The notes under the pieces: model-generated | Told to the model about the DNA's origin: nothing | Seen by the model: only the letters and a program-made list of their open reading frames with translations | Databases searched by the model: none | Shown: positions 19,279 to 29,078 of the stretch, piece after piece | Layout: every line of letters begins with the position of its first letter | Numbering within the stretch: position 1 is the first letter of the stretch | Program-made: the position numbers and the translations under genes | Virus record (IMG/VR): IMGVR_UViG_3300024351_000013 | Source: a virus | Taxonomy: Duplodnaviria; Caudoviricetes | Length of the DNA stretch: 64,000 nt | Reading direction: 5' to 3' (one strand)

Positions 19279-20991
19279 TCAGACCACCATACGCGAAAAA
19301 CCTTTTACTTTCTCAAACTTTATGACACTTTCAAATCTGTCCTCAAGACCTGTCTTATGAGAGATAACAAAAATGTTTGCGTCTTTAATCACATAACGAA
19401 TAATCTTAAGGAACTCTTCAGTTCCAAATCCATCAAGTGAAGAATCAAACACCTCATCCATAATCAAAAGATTTGTATTGACGGAGTTCTTCATTCTTGC
19501 AACTTCTCTCCATGTGAAGAGTAGAGCAAGGTCAATTCTCATTTTCTCTCCTTCACTAAAGGAAGCATAAGAGAAATCTTCGTGAATAGGTGACTGGACG
19601 GTTTCGTTAAACTCCTCATCAAGTGTAAAGTTAATGTAGAAGTCCATCATCTGCAAATAGCGATTAACTTGCTGATTGATGAGAGGCAAATACTTCTTGA
19701 TGATTTTGGATTTTACTCCACCGTCTTTAAGTAAACTATACGAAAAATCGTAATAGTTGATTGTGTCTTTTTTAGAAGCGAGGTCGTCGTATGTAGTTTT
19801 TAAGTTGTCTCTGAAGGATTCTAACTTCTCATGTTCAGAATTTCGGTTTGCAAGGTTCTCGGTAAGAACTTGAATTTCTGATTCAAGATTTCGGATTTGT
19901 CTCCGCAATCCATTAATCTTAATATTGTTTTGAGAAATGCCATTCGTTAATTTTGAAATCTCCTTCGACAGAGTATTGAATTGACGCTCTCGCTCCTCTT
20001 CCTCTTTAATTGCCTCCTCTAGTTCTTTATACCCAGATTGCAACTCCTTTGCTTTAGATTGAGCGTCGTTAATTCTATTTATTCTGAAGGTCTCTTCAAT
20101 GGATTGAGTGCAGGTGGGGCATACCGTATTCTCTGTGAAGAACTTATGCTCTTTAGTAATGGTAGATACTTTTTGTGAGATTTTACCTTTCAAGTTTCCC
20201 AACTTACGAAGTTTATCAGCATATCCAACTAACTTATCTTGCTCTCTAATATACTCATAAAGAGGTTCTTCTAAAGAACCATTTTCATCCATATGTTGTT
20301 GAATTTCTTTATCTAAATCGGAAATTTTCCGATTATTGTTATCAATACTTTCTTTTCCGCGATTCTCAAGTTCTTCGATAAACTCTTGTTGCATCTTAAC
20401 CTTATCGAGCAAAGATTCTTTCTTTAAGTCAAGAACTTTAATATCTTCTTTTGCCTGACGAATCTTTTCTTTAATTACCGCGTTCATTGAAGAGAAAATC
20501 TTAATATCAAGAAGATCTTCAATCACTTCACGACGATGAGCAGCAGAAAGTTGCATGAAAGGAACAAAAGTACTGGAACCCAAAATTACAATTTGAGTAA
20601 AAGACTTGTAGTTCATTTTAAGAACAGTCTGTTCAAACCACTTTTGTTGGTCTAGAGCAGCTGAAGACTGGTCTAAAGGAGTATCATTTCTCCAAATCTC
20701 AAACAGTGCCGGTTTTATTCCTCTTACAACTTTCCAATCAGTGTTTCCAATTGAAAACTCAACTTCAACTCTACAATCCTTCTCATTTACAGAGTTGATT
20801 AGTTGTGGTTTATTAATCTTACGAAATGGTTTTCCAAATAAAGAAAATGTAAGTGCATCCAAAACGGTGCTTTTTCCAGCTCCGTTTGTGCCGACGATTA
20901 GATTAGTTTTATTTTCAGTAAAATCAACTTCCGTATATTGATTTCCAGTACTTAAGAAGTTTTTCCATCTAATAGTTTTAAATAAAATCAT
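19279..20991 (-). CDS. g46: Recombination endonuclease ATPase subunit gp46 (Rad50/SbcC-like)
   Basis: GTNGAGKST, CPTC hook, FSEGEK signature, MDEVFD. Confidence 0.97.
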   Translation of the reverse strand: MILFKTIRWKNFLSTGNQYTEVDFTENKTNLIVGTNGAGKSTVLDALTFSLFGKPFRKINKPQLINSVNEKDCRVEVEFSIGNTDWKVVRGIKPALFEIWRNDTPLDQSSAALDQQKWFEQTVLKMNYKSFTQIVILGSSTFVPFMQLSAAHRREVIEDLLDIKIFSSMNAVIKEKIRQAKEDIKVLDLKKESLLDKVKMQQEFIEELENRGKESIDNNNRKISDLDKEIQQHMDENGSLEEPLYEYIREQDKLVGYADKLRKLGNLKGKISQKVSTITKEHKFFTENTVCPTCTQSIEETFRINRINDAQSKAKELQSGYKELEEAIKEEEERERQFNTLSKEISKLTNGISQNNIKINGLRRQIRNLESEIQVLTENLANRNSEHEKLESFRDNLKTTYDDLASKKDTINYYDFSYSLLKDGGVKSKIIKKYLPLINQQVNRYLQMMDFYINFTLDEEFNETVQSPIHEDFSYASFSEGEKMRIDLALLFTWREVARMKNSVNTNLLIMDEVFDSSLDGFGTEEFLKIIRYVIKDANIFVISHKTGLEDRFESVIKFEKVKGFSRMVV

Positions 20992-21250
20992 GTTCAGTGT
21001 TTGGAGGAATTACAATATCATCAGGAGTAATAACAGTATACTGGTATCCATGCATTTCGCAAGTTTTTACCATTACTTCATCTTCAATTTCAATTACATG
21101 CATTTCTGGAAATCCATCTTCCTCTAGCATCATAGCATATCGAGTAGCATCATCTTCTTCCTGAAAGAGATATAAAATGTGTTCTCCTTCATCGTCAATT
21201 ACAGAATATGCACCCTCAGTTTCTTTGCCATTAATTGTTAAGATAAACAT
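20978..21250 (-). CDS. Conserved hypothetical protein
   Basis: 90-aa acidic ORF between g47 and g46. Confidence 0.8.
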   Translation of the reverse strand: MFILTINGKETEGAYSVIDDEGEHILYLFQEEDDATRYAMMLEEDGFPEMHVIEIEDEVMVKTCEMHGYQYTVITPDDIVIPPNTEHDFI

Positions 21251-22285
21251 TTAAATTAACTCACAAGCCTCTTGATATATTTCTTGCATCATTTTTTGAA
21301 TGATTGATTTATCAAGATTTATTTCAGCCTCCTGAATATATCTATTCAGAATGGAGATAGTGTCTTCACTTTCGAATGCTTCAAACTCTACAGGTTCCTG
21401 AATATCGAAGTTCTCAATAATTTTGAGTTCTGCAATATTTGAAGCGTAAAGTTTATCAACAAATTTTTCAAACTTCTTAGTGTCTGATTTCTTACGAACA
21501 ACAACTTTTACAATCTTATTTTCATACTCGCGAGTATCAAATGTTTGATAATTTGTATCCTCATAATAAATGTTATGAAACATCTTATAAGGATTATTGA
21601 TTGGAGTATGTTCTAAAGTTTCTGTATCAAAGATAGTAAATCCACGAGTATCATTTACATCTGTCCAGTAAATCTCATAAGGATTTCCCAAGTAGAAAAC
21701 AGTTCCATTATCAGAACGAGTGTGGTAATGACCAGAAAATACCTTAGAGAAGTCCTTAAAAAGATTTGCTTCCAGTCCATGTTCCATAATGATTTGACGG
21801 TTTACACGAAAACCTTGGAACTCAAGATGACCCATGGCAACTTTTGCCTTTGTTTTCTTAATCATTTTAAGTGACTGCTCTTCATTTTCCACGCAAATCC
21901 AAGGAAGGAGAAGAACATCAAGATTTCCAACCTTGATTTCTGTTGGTGAAGAATATGTTTGAATATTAGGATAATCTTTCAACAGAAGTTGAGGTGAATT
22001 TGTGTTGTTGGTATTTTTATAATAACTATCATGATTACCAACAATCATATGGACATGATATTTTTTGAGTGGTTCAAATACTACTCGTTTTGCCCACTCT
22101 AAACTTTGATAATCAATTGACTTTCTACTATCAAAAGCATCACCCATGTGAATAACTGTATCAATCCCGTACTGTTCCAGCGTCGGGAAAAACACATTCT
22201 TATAAAAAAGTTCAAAATAATCATGAAAAAGTTTTGAACCTTTTCTTGCACCGTAGTGAGTGTCTGTAATAATAGCGACTTTCAT
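21251..22285 (-). CDS. g47: Recombination endonuclease subunit gp47 (Mre11/SbcD-like)
   Basis: DTHYG, GDAFD, GNHD, GHL, SGHYH. Confidence 0.97.
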   Translation of the reverse strand: MKVAIITDTHYGARKGSKLFHDYFELFYKNVFFPTLEQYGIDTVIHMGDAFDSRKSIDYQSLEWAKRVVFEPLKKYHVHMIVGNHDSYYKNTNNTNSPQLLLKDYPNIQTYSSPTEIKVGNLDVLLLPWICVENEEQSLKMIKKTKAKVAMGHLEFQGFRVNRQIIMEHGLEANLFKDFSKVFSGHYHTRSDNGTVFYLGNPYEIYWTDVNDTRGFTIFDTETLEHTPINNPYKMFHNIYYEDTNYQTFDTREYENKIVKVVVRKKSDTKKFEKFVDKLYASNIAELKIIENFDIQEPVEFEAFESEDTISILNRYIQEAEINLDKSIIQKMMQEIYQEACELI

Positions 22286-22783
22286 TCAATAACGAAGTTT
22301 GGAGTGGACACCATCTTTGATGCTATTATAATCGGAATAGTTCCCGCCGTCAATAGTGTTGTCGTCAGCAAACACTTCAGAAAATCCAGAGCGTTCAAGG
22401 ATTTTGTTTTTGATTTCCAGTTGACGCTTCTCTCTTTGAATACGGCGAAGGAATGCGTAGTGAATGATTTGAGTAAAGTATGCAAAAGGATTTTGTGATT
22501 TCTCTGGATTGAAATTGTGAATGTACTGAACGCAGTTTTCAATACCGTCAGAAATCATATCTTCCTTGAACATGTAGTTCACGAAGTTTGGTTTGAAGGA
22601 AAGATGATTAGCGATCTTCAGAAAACACTCTCCAATGTAGCGAGGAATGGGAGGTTTTGGTTTATTCTGTAGAAGAGCGATTTCTTTATCTTCTCTATAC
22701 TTAATGAGAGCAGCAAGAAACTCTTTGTTGTTTACGTAATGCTCTGACCTCTTTCTCTTGGTCATAACTGCTGTGGTTATCAT
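22286..22783 (-). CDS. g55: Late transcription sigma factor gp55
   Basis: HYVNNKEFL, YIGECFLKIA, EDMISDGIE, NPFAYFTQI. Confidence 0.97.
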   Translation of the reverse strand: MITTAVMTKRKRSEHYVNNKEFLAALIKYREDKEIALLQNKPKPPIPRYIGECFLKIANHLSFKPNFVNYMFKEDMISDGIENCVQYIHNFNPEKSQNPFAYFTQIIHYAFLRRIQREKRQLEIKNKILERSGFSEVFADDNTIDGGNYSDYNSIKDGVHSKLRY

Positions 22784-22808
22784 AAGTTTTTATCATTATT
22801 ATGTATAG

Positions 22809-22859
22809 ATTATACCATTTATGCAAATGCTTGACAAGGTATCCAAATACCTGTACAAT
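22809..22859. promoter_or_regulatory. Back-to-back sigma70 promoters with overlapping -35 boxes
   Basis: Minus: TTGTCA(22837-22832)-N17-TATAAT(22814-22809) toward g55; plus: TTGACA(22831-22836)-N17-TACAAT(22854-22859). Confidence 0.7.
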
Positions 22860-22888
22860 AACCTTTGTCGGGGTTGATAAGTTATATC

Positions 22889-23281
22889 TTAGCTATTTTT
22901 ATAAAGCTTCTCTAATATCTCTTTAGCATCGTTGACATTGGCAAGGTATCCCATTCTACGATTAAGTTTTGATTGATTCGTACCATCCTTACTTGAGTGG
23001 CGGACATAGGACTGGTACATCATGATCATTTCAATATCAGAAGATTCTGAAAGAGTGAGTACGTCTTCTAGATTAATTATAAACATATCTTCTTTGGTTG
23101 TTTTCAACCATGGTTCCAGTTTATATCCAACAACACTAGTTCTATTTTTGATTTCACAAATAGTAATTGGATTTGAAATGATTAATATTGTCCTATCTTC
23201 TTCTTCGGAAGCTGCTACTTTGGCAAAGATTTCTTCGCCTGTTTTTAACTTGATTGTGCAGTAAAAATCATCTTCTATCAT
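22889..23281 (-). CDS. Conserved hypothetical protein (Sm-like fold suspected)
   Basis: IKLKTGEEIFAKV; ATGA-coupled to uvsW. Confidence 0.8.
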   Translation of the reverse strand: MIEDDFYCTIKLKTGEEIFAKVAASEEEDRTILIISNPITICEIKNRTSVVGYKLEPWLKTTKEDMFIINLEDVLTLSESSDIEMIMMYQSYVRHSSKDGTNQSKLNRRMGYLANVNDAKEILEKLYKNS

Positions 23282-24744
23282 TTTTTCTTAAGTTGTATGG
23301 TGATTATTTCATAGTTAAAATTTTCTTCATTATAGATTTTAATTCTTTCAATGAGGTGATTCAGAGTATAATTTTTTCTTGAGTTATAAGTGCAGTCGTC
23401 TGAAATATCATAAAGTATTGCTTTTGTTTTGTTAGTTCCTTTTCTTAGTACTCTTCCAATACTTTGTAAATTTCTAATTCTTGATTTGCTTGGAGAGGCA
23501 AATATAACATTATGAAGATTTTTGATATTGATGCCAGTACTGAAAGTTCCGTAGGATGCTACGATTATGGCATTGTCTTCTCTTTCTGTAATTTCCCTAA
23601 CTAATTCCCTCTCTTCAGTATCAACTCCACCATGAATAAAAAATACTTTACGATCATTTCGCTTGTTAGTATTTATCTTTTCGTATAAAATTGCACCATG
23701 AGCTTCTACTCGTGAAAACAGAACAAGAGTGTTACCTTTTAAATCTAAAGAAAGATTTGTAATAAATTTATTTCTTTGGTCATGAGATATTAAGTATTGT
23801 ATCTCATCTTCATAGGTTTCAAATTTTTGTGGAGCATGTTTGAGGACAAGGCAGCGAATATCTAATTGAGAAATATGTCCTTGCTGCATCAACTCATAAG
23901 TTCTAGTAACTTTATATGAAGGTCCAAAAAGTCCTTCAAGAACCCATTTGTGTGTTTGAGTTCCATCAAGAGTTCCAGTAAAACCAAAACGATATTTTGC
24001 ATGATGAAGTTTGGTCATGATATCGACAAGAGATTTGCTCTTGAATAAGTGAGCTTCATCCCCTATGATTACGCCATAATCTTCAAAGAATGGGCGTTCT
24101 AGTTTATAGATAGATTGCCAGGTAGTGATAGTGACAGAATGTTTATTTGTCTTCTCTCTACCAGAATAAATTTTGTGACAGTATGACTCAGCATCCCAAC
24201 CATAGTCTTCAAAATCCTTGTACATCTGCTCTACAAGAGATGTCGTTGGAACAACTAAAAGAATTTTTTGTCCTTTATCTACATAATACCTTACAAGGGA
24301 ATAAATCATTAAGGATTTACCTGAGGCTGTGGGTGATATCAGCAATTTTCTATTATGCCTTAGAGCATCGTATACTCCCTCTATTTGATAGTCTCTTGGA
24401 GAATGAGAACAAATAGATTGCATATAATCTTTTACACCTTCATATGAGATGCCCTCGTTAATTTCAAAAGGCAATCCATAGAATTTATTTTCTTTAAACT
24501 CATAGGTGTAATTATGCAGTTTTAGTTTGTCGATAATTTTATCTAACAAACCAGCATATATTTCTCCAGTATGAGTACTTAACAATCGAATCTTGCCGTC
24601 CCAGTGCCTGCTTCTATACTGGGACATGAATTTCGCAGATTCAACTTCAAAAGTAAAATATGGTTGAAGTTCGTACAAAATATGAGGTTCACAATGTAGC
24701 TTAATGTAAACCTCATTTTTCTTTTCAATGATTACATCACTCAT
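23278..24744 (-). CDS. uvsW: SF2 helicase UvsW
   Basis: SPTASGKS, GDEAH, TGT, QSIGRVLR. Confidence 0.97.
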   Translation of the reverse strand: MSDVIIEKKNEVYIKLHCEPHILYELQPYFTFEVESAKFMSQYRSRHWDGKIRLLSTHTGEIYAGLLDKIIDKLKLHNYTYEFKENKFYGLPFEINEGISYEGVKDYMQSICSHSPRDYQIEGVYDALRHNRKLLISPTASGKSLMIYSLVRYYVDKGQKILLVVPTTSLVEQMYKDFEDYGWDAESYCHKIYSGREKTNKHSVTITTWQSIYKLERPFFEDYGVIIGDEAHLFKSKSLVDIMTKLHHAKYRFGFTGTLDGTQTHKWVLEGLFGPSYKVTRTYELMQQGHISQLDIRCLVLKHAPQKFETYEDEIQYLISHDQRNKFITNLSLDLKGNTLVLFSRVEAHGAILYEKINTNKRNDRKVFFIHGGVDTEERELVREITEREDNAIIVASYGTFSTGINIKNLHNVIFASPSKSRIRNLQSIGRVLRKGTNKTKAILYDISDDCTYNSRKNYTLNHLIERIKIYNEENFNYEIITIQLKKK

Positions 24745-24771
24745 AGCATTAATATTGCTATGATTATTTAT

Positions 24772-25209
24772 TTACCCAAGTCCAGCGTTAAATCTCATAA
24801 ATTCAATTGCATTTTTAATTTGATAAGTTCTATTTTGAATCATCTTTAGAATACTTTCAATATAAGTCAACATTGTATCGTAGTAATCAATCTTCAGGCA
24901 TACTGTCGAAAGTTTTTCATCAGCATCAAGATACTTTTGCATTGTGTCTTTATCACGAATCTTTTTGGGGAATGGATTTTCTACATATACCTCTGGATCT
25001 GATTTTCCAGAATAGTATTCATATCTTTCGTGACGAATATTTCTTTTCTGTTGCTCTGCTTTTTTTCTTAAAAGAAATATTGTATTGTATAAATCAAAAT
25101 ATTTTGCATGAAGAACTGGAATATTTGTGGACTCTGTGTGCAAATTATCCATATCAATTTTGGAGTCCTGCTCCCACATCTTTTGAATCATATCCAGATC
25201 AAAACTCAT
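24772..25209 (-). CDS. uvsY: Recombination mediator UvsY
   Basis: DSKIDMDNLHTES..IP.LHAKY; IKNAIEF at the C-terminus. Confidence 0.92.
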   Translation of the reverse strand: MSFDLDMIQKMWEQDSKIDMDNLHTESTNIPVLHAKYFDLYNTIFLLRKKAEQQKRNIRHERYEYYSGKSDPEVYVENPFPKKIRDKDTMQKYLDADEKLSTVCLKIDYYDTMLTYIESILKMIQNRTYQIKNAIEFMRFNAGLG

Positions 25210-25757
25210 AAGGGATTTCCACCAAGATCTACTATATTGTAAATAGTATACTTGAAAGATACGTCTGCTGTAAAGTATTGTACATCAGTTTGTGTTGCAT
25301 CAAAACTTAAAGTTCCTAATGAGTATGGAAATAAATCTTTAAATGTAATTTGAAAATTTGGAATTGATGAACTTGTCAGTACTTGTAAAGTTCCATCGGA
25401 ATATAATCCCATTTGTTTCTGGGATTCAATCTTTGGATTTATGAATCCGGTTTCTTGGAAATCGTAAATTTGTTCCAAACTTTCTGGATACCCAAGACCC
25501 CTCATCCAATTTTGAATTTCCATATAGTTTTGTAGATCTTCATCTACAAGAAATCTAAGAGTCAAATCTCCAAATACAATTTTATCTCCTGGGACATCAA
25601 TATCTTTTAGATACGATGGTTGAGATGCAAGACCAAGAGTTATTTCTGGAATATTTGCTGAATTGCAGAAGAAAGCAACTTTCGGAGTTCTCTTTAACGT
25701 AAATTTAAATCCTGTTGGAGATAGAAAATTCCTATTCTCTGGTTGTCCAATCGTCAT
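25206..25757 (-). CDS. g3: Tail completion and sheath stabiliser gp3
   Basis: NFLSPTGFKF, FFCNSANIP, FLVDEDL.NY; start re-called at MTIGQ. Confidence 0.88.
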   Translation of the reverse strand: MTIGQPENRNFLSPTGFKFTLKRTPKVAFFCNSANIPEITLGLASQPSYLKDIDVPGDKIVFGDLTLRFLVDEDLQNYMEIQNWMRGLGYPESLEQIYDFQETGFINPKIESQKQMGLYSDGTLQVLTSSSIPNFQITFKDLFPYSLGTLSFDATQTDVQYFTADVSFKYTIYNIVDLGGNPL

Positions 25758-25773
25758 GGTATTTTTTAAATAT

Positions 25774-26250
25774 TTAGATAACTCTTTCCCATCTACTGCC
25801 AGGACCATTATATTTTATAGACCTGCTTATACTACTTTCCAATACTCCAGTATCTTTCCTTGCTTCTTTCATAGACGAATAAACTTTTTCAGTTTTTTTA
25901 TCTTTGACTGATACAATTCTTGATTGTCTTGTCGCTTCTTTTACATGCTCTGGGCACGAACGACCAAGAGTTCCTCCGTCTCCTCCTAAAGTGGCATTAT
26001 ACTGTGGTTTTAGTTTATCTATCCAATAAATTTCTCTTTCTCCATTATTATATTCTTCAGTTTGTTCTATTATTTCCCATGTAAAGTTATCTCTTCCATA
26101 TTTACGTAAAGCATTTGGAAATGGTGCATTACTATTTTTATTAAAAGCATACCACCAGTGTTTATATTCTCTATTTTCAATAGGACCTTTACATCTACCT
26201 ATATAAAATTTATTATTAATTTTATTAGTTGATTTGTAAATATAAAACAT
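25774..26250 (-). mobile_element. Free-standing GIY-YIG (Seg-like) homing endonuclease with a C-terminal NUMOD1-like HTH
   Basis: MFYIYKSTNKINNKFYIG, ALRKYG.DNF, EREIYWI, YN.TLGGDG, YSSMKEARKDTG; start re-called at 26250. Confidence 0.85.
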
Positions 26251-26273
26251 ATCACGGAAGTTTTTAACTATAG

Positions 26274-26308
26274 TATTTATAAAAAAAGAGGACCTTTTTG
26301 AGGTCCTC
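26274..26308 (-). terminator. g23 terminator fused to a late promoter
   Basis: GAGGACC-TCAAAAA-GGTCCTC-TTTTTTT-ATAAATA. Confidence 0.85.
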
Positions 26309-26329
26309 CAAGTAATCTCCATATGAGAT

Positions 26330-27775
26330 TTACATGAGATTTTTGACCGCAACTCTACGATAGTAACGGTTAGCGTTAACGGTAAGACTACCGAGACCCT
26401 GGTTCTTGCCTTCAGCGAATGGGTTAGCAACAAGACCGTAGCGGGTCTTAAAGCCAATTTTGGGCTGGAAGCTGTTCTCACCAACGGCACGAACCATTTG
26501 GAGAGGAACATATGGGCAATAGAAGAGACCAGCATCATAAGGTGAAGAACCCTTATAACCAACAACATAGTACTGGTTACCTGGAGTCTCATTACCTGAA
26601 GTCAGGTTAGATGCATATGGGTCAATATATACGCGGAACTTGCCCATTAGAGTACCAGCAAAAGTATTGCCAGTGTCATCAACGGTTAGGTTAGCGTTGA
26701 GTGCAGGGGTGTAATCGAGAACACCAGCCATGGTCAGTGCTGAAGCAACGTCAGCAGAGCACATGATGATGTTGCCCTTTCCGCGACGAGTTCTTTGTGC
26801 GATTGCGTTAGCATCACGCTCGATTTGGAATAGAAGACCCTTGAACTTCTCAACGGACCAACGACCATTTGAGTCAATGTCGAGGTCGAAGATACCTGGG
26901 GTTGCAACGTTTTGTGCAGCACCCTGTTCAGCAACCTTGTAGATGGTACGAATAACTTCGCGGTTGATCTCTGCAAGAATCTCAGTTGAGAGAATATTTG
27001 CGAGTTCCGCTTCAGCATTCAGACCATGGATTGCCTTCAGGTCTTGAGCAAGCTCAAGGCTGTACTCTGCTTTCAGAGCGCGGCTCTTAGCAGTAACAGT
27101 GACCTTCTCGATTGAGAAAGCCATCTGATTGAAGTGATCACCATCTACTCCGTCGCCAAGGGCTTCTGCGTCATTAGTACGCATTCCTTGACCGACATTA
27201 TAAGCAGAAGTGGTTGCACTGCTAACTGGGTTGAGAACAGATGGGTTCGAACCCTTCTGAGTCGTTGTACCCATACCAGCGGCAACATCGCTGAATCCAC
27301 CGGTAGCATCGAATGCTGAATTGTTTCCGGAGAATCCAGTATCTACTTCATCATAGAAGGTTTCAGAGCCACTCTGGTTAGTGTAGCGTGAACGCATTGC
27401 GAAGATAAGACCAGTAGGACCGCTCATTGGTTGAACGCCAGCGAGGTCATAAGCGACCAGGTTAGGCATTGAACGACGAATGAGTGAAATCAGAACTGGA
27501 TCGAAACCTGCGGTAGGACCACCAGCAGCAGCACCGCCACTGAATCCGTGTGCAGATGCACCAGCAGCTCCGTATGAACCGGTAGCGTTGGTTGGTGCTT
27601 CCATCAGGTTGGTAATACCACCTGTGTTAAATGCTGATTCCTCTCTTAGGAATTTTTCTTGGTTTTCGAGCAGGACAGCGGTTACAGCTCTACGATGAGA
27701 ATCTCTGATTGGATCAAGACCCTGATAGTCTAAGAGTGGTGCCCACTTTTCCTGCAGATGCTCGGAATGGAACAT
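26330..27775 (-). CDS. g23: Major capsid protein gp23
   Basis: EKWAPLL, FDPVLISLIRR, GVQPMSGPTGLIFAMRS, YCPYVPLQ, FKTRYG. Confidence 0.99.
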   Translation of the reverse strand: MFHSEHLQEKWAPLLDYQGLDPIRDSHRRAVTAVLLENQEKFLREESAFNTGGITNLMEAPTNATGSYGAAGASAHGFSGGAAAGGPTAGFDPVLISLIRRSMPNLVAYDLAGVQPMSGPTGLIFAMRSRYTNQSGSETFYDEVDTGFSGNNSAFDATGGFSDVAAGMGTTTQKGSNPSVLNPVSSATTSAYNVGQGMRTNDAEALGDGVDGDHFNQMAFSIEKVTVTAKSRALKAEYSLELAQDLKAIHGLNAEAELANILSTEILAEINREVIRTIYKVAEQGAAQNVATPGIFDLDIDSNGRWSVEKFKGLLFQIERDANAIAQRTRRGKGNIIMCSADVASALTMAGVLDYTPALNANLTVDDTGNTFAGTLMGKFRVYIDPYASNLTSGNETPGNQYYVVGYKGSSPYDAGLFYCPYVPLQMVRAVGENSFQPKIGFKTRYGLVANPFAEGKNQGLGSLTVNANRYYRRVAVKNLM

Positions 27776-27835
27776 TTGCTTTTACCTTTTTACTAAGTGT
27801 TTGTTTTTTTTGGGTTTGAATTATATTAAATTCAA

Positions 27836-29023
27836 TTATTTGCCAAATGCTGAAAGCGTTCTTAGATATGCAGCCATTGAATCCGAATAAGATTCGGGCG
27901 CAACGTCAGCACCTTCGGACAGTGTTTCAGTCTTAGCAGATGGAGATACAACTCTTGAAGGGAAATATGATTCCTTCAAAGTCTCCAGTTTTTCACGATA
28001 TTCTTCTTCACTTTCAAACTCAACACTTTCGGCAAGTGAAGCGAGCTTGTCTTTCTGAGTGTCTGCAAGACCATCAGCGACCTGTTCAAAGATTCCATCA
28101 GCAACCGACTCTGCGAGACGCTTGTTGAGTGAAACGTTCTTCTCAATCTGCTCGTTGAGTTTTGTCTCCATTTCATCAAGTTTATCTACCATGCTCTCAA
28201 GCACATCATATTTATCTTCAGGGATTGATACATAATGTTCTTCAAAAAGACCCTTCATTCCTTGGAGGAATGATTCGGTCATTTCGGTCTTAAGACCTTG
28301 CTCAATAACGAGTGCATTTTCTTGCATCCACTCGTCAGCAACATACTCAAGATAAGCGTCTACACGCTCAGCAAGCTCAGTCTTAATTTCTTCTACTTCC
28401 TCTGCAAGTGCAGTGGCATACTGCTCTTCAAGTGCCTCTTGAATATCGGCAACTTTTGAACGAAGAGCTGCTTCGAAGATAGTGCGTGCTTTCTCTTGGA
28501 ATTCCTCAGAAAGCTCCTCACCTTCAAGTAGAGCATTGACATCTTCTTCGATATCAAACTCTTCCTTCATGTCTTCTTCATCCTCATCCTCATCTTCTTC
28601 TTCGTCTTCGTCTTCTTCTTTCTTTGCTTTTTTCTTGGGTGTTTCTTCCTCTTCTTCCGCAGCCTCAGCAACTACTTCTTCTTCCTCACCCTCTTCAATC
28701 TCTTCTTCGATTAAATCTTCATCTTCGAGTTCTTCCTCTTCTTTGTGAAGACCCTTCATTGGATCTGCACCTTTAGCACCTTTGTTGACAACATCTCTTA
28801 CTTGCTTAAGAGTTGCGCCAGGTGTCTTAAGTTTTGCAGAATCGTCATCAGGACGATAATTAGAAGGATCGGGACCACCAAGATCTTCCCAACCAGCAGT
28901 TTGACCATCAGGAATTCCTGTGGTTAGTTTTGGCATCGCTTCCGCCGCTTTAGCATTTGCATTAACAGCGGTTCGGGATTGCTTTGTGCCTACTTCCATT
29001 TCTTGTAAATCTCCACGAGACAT
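27836..29023 (-). CDS. g22: Prohead core scaffold gp22
   Basis: Acidic; KARTIFEAA, YLEYVADEW; TATAAATA at 29061-29068. Confidence 0.93.
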   Translation of the reverse strand: MSRGDLQEMEVGTKQSRTAVNANAKAAEAMPKLTTGIPDGQTAGWEDLGGPDPSNYRPDDDSAKLKTPGATLKQVRDVVNKGAKGADPMKGLHKEEEELEDEDLIEEEIEEGEEEEVVAEAAEEEEETPKKKAKKEEDEDEEEDEDEDEEDMKEEFDIEEDVNALLEGEELSEEFQEKARTIFEAALRSKVADIQEALEEQYATALAEEVEEIKTELAERVDAYLEYVADEWMQENALVIEQGLKTEMTESFLQGMKGLFEEHYVSIPEDKYDVLESMVDKLDEMETKLNEQIEKNVSLNKRLAESVADGIFEQVADGLADTQKDKLASLAESVEFESEEEYREKLETLKESYFPSRVVSPSAKTETLSEGADVAPESYSDSMAAYLRTLSAFGK

Positions 29024-29078
29024 TTGAACTCTCCGTTTAACCTTAGTTATAAACTATATTTATTTATAAATTAACAAA

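Noticed and set aside
26251-26592. Apparent 114-aa N-terminal extension of the GIY-YIG gene overlapping g23
   Set aside because: It crosses a terminator and a late promoter; the real start is the ATG at 26250 directly before the GIY motif
28560-28745. Low-complexity GAA/GAT tract as a repeat element
   Set aside because: It is the ordinary acidic linker of the gp22 scaffold
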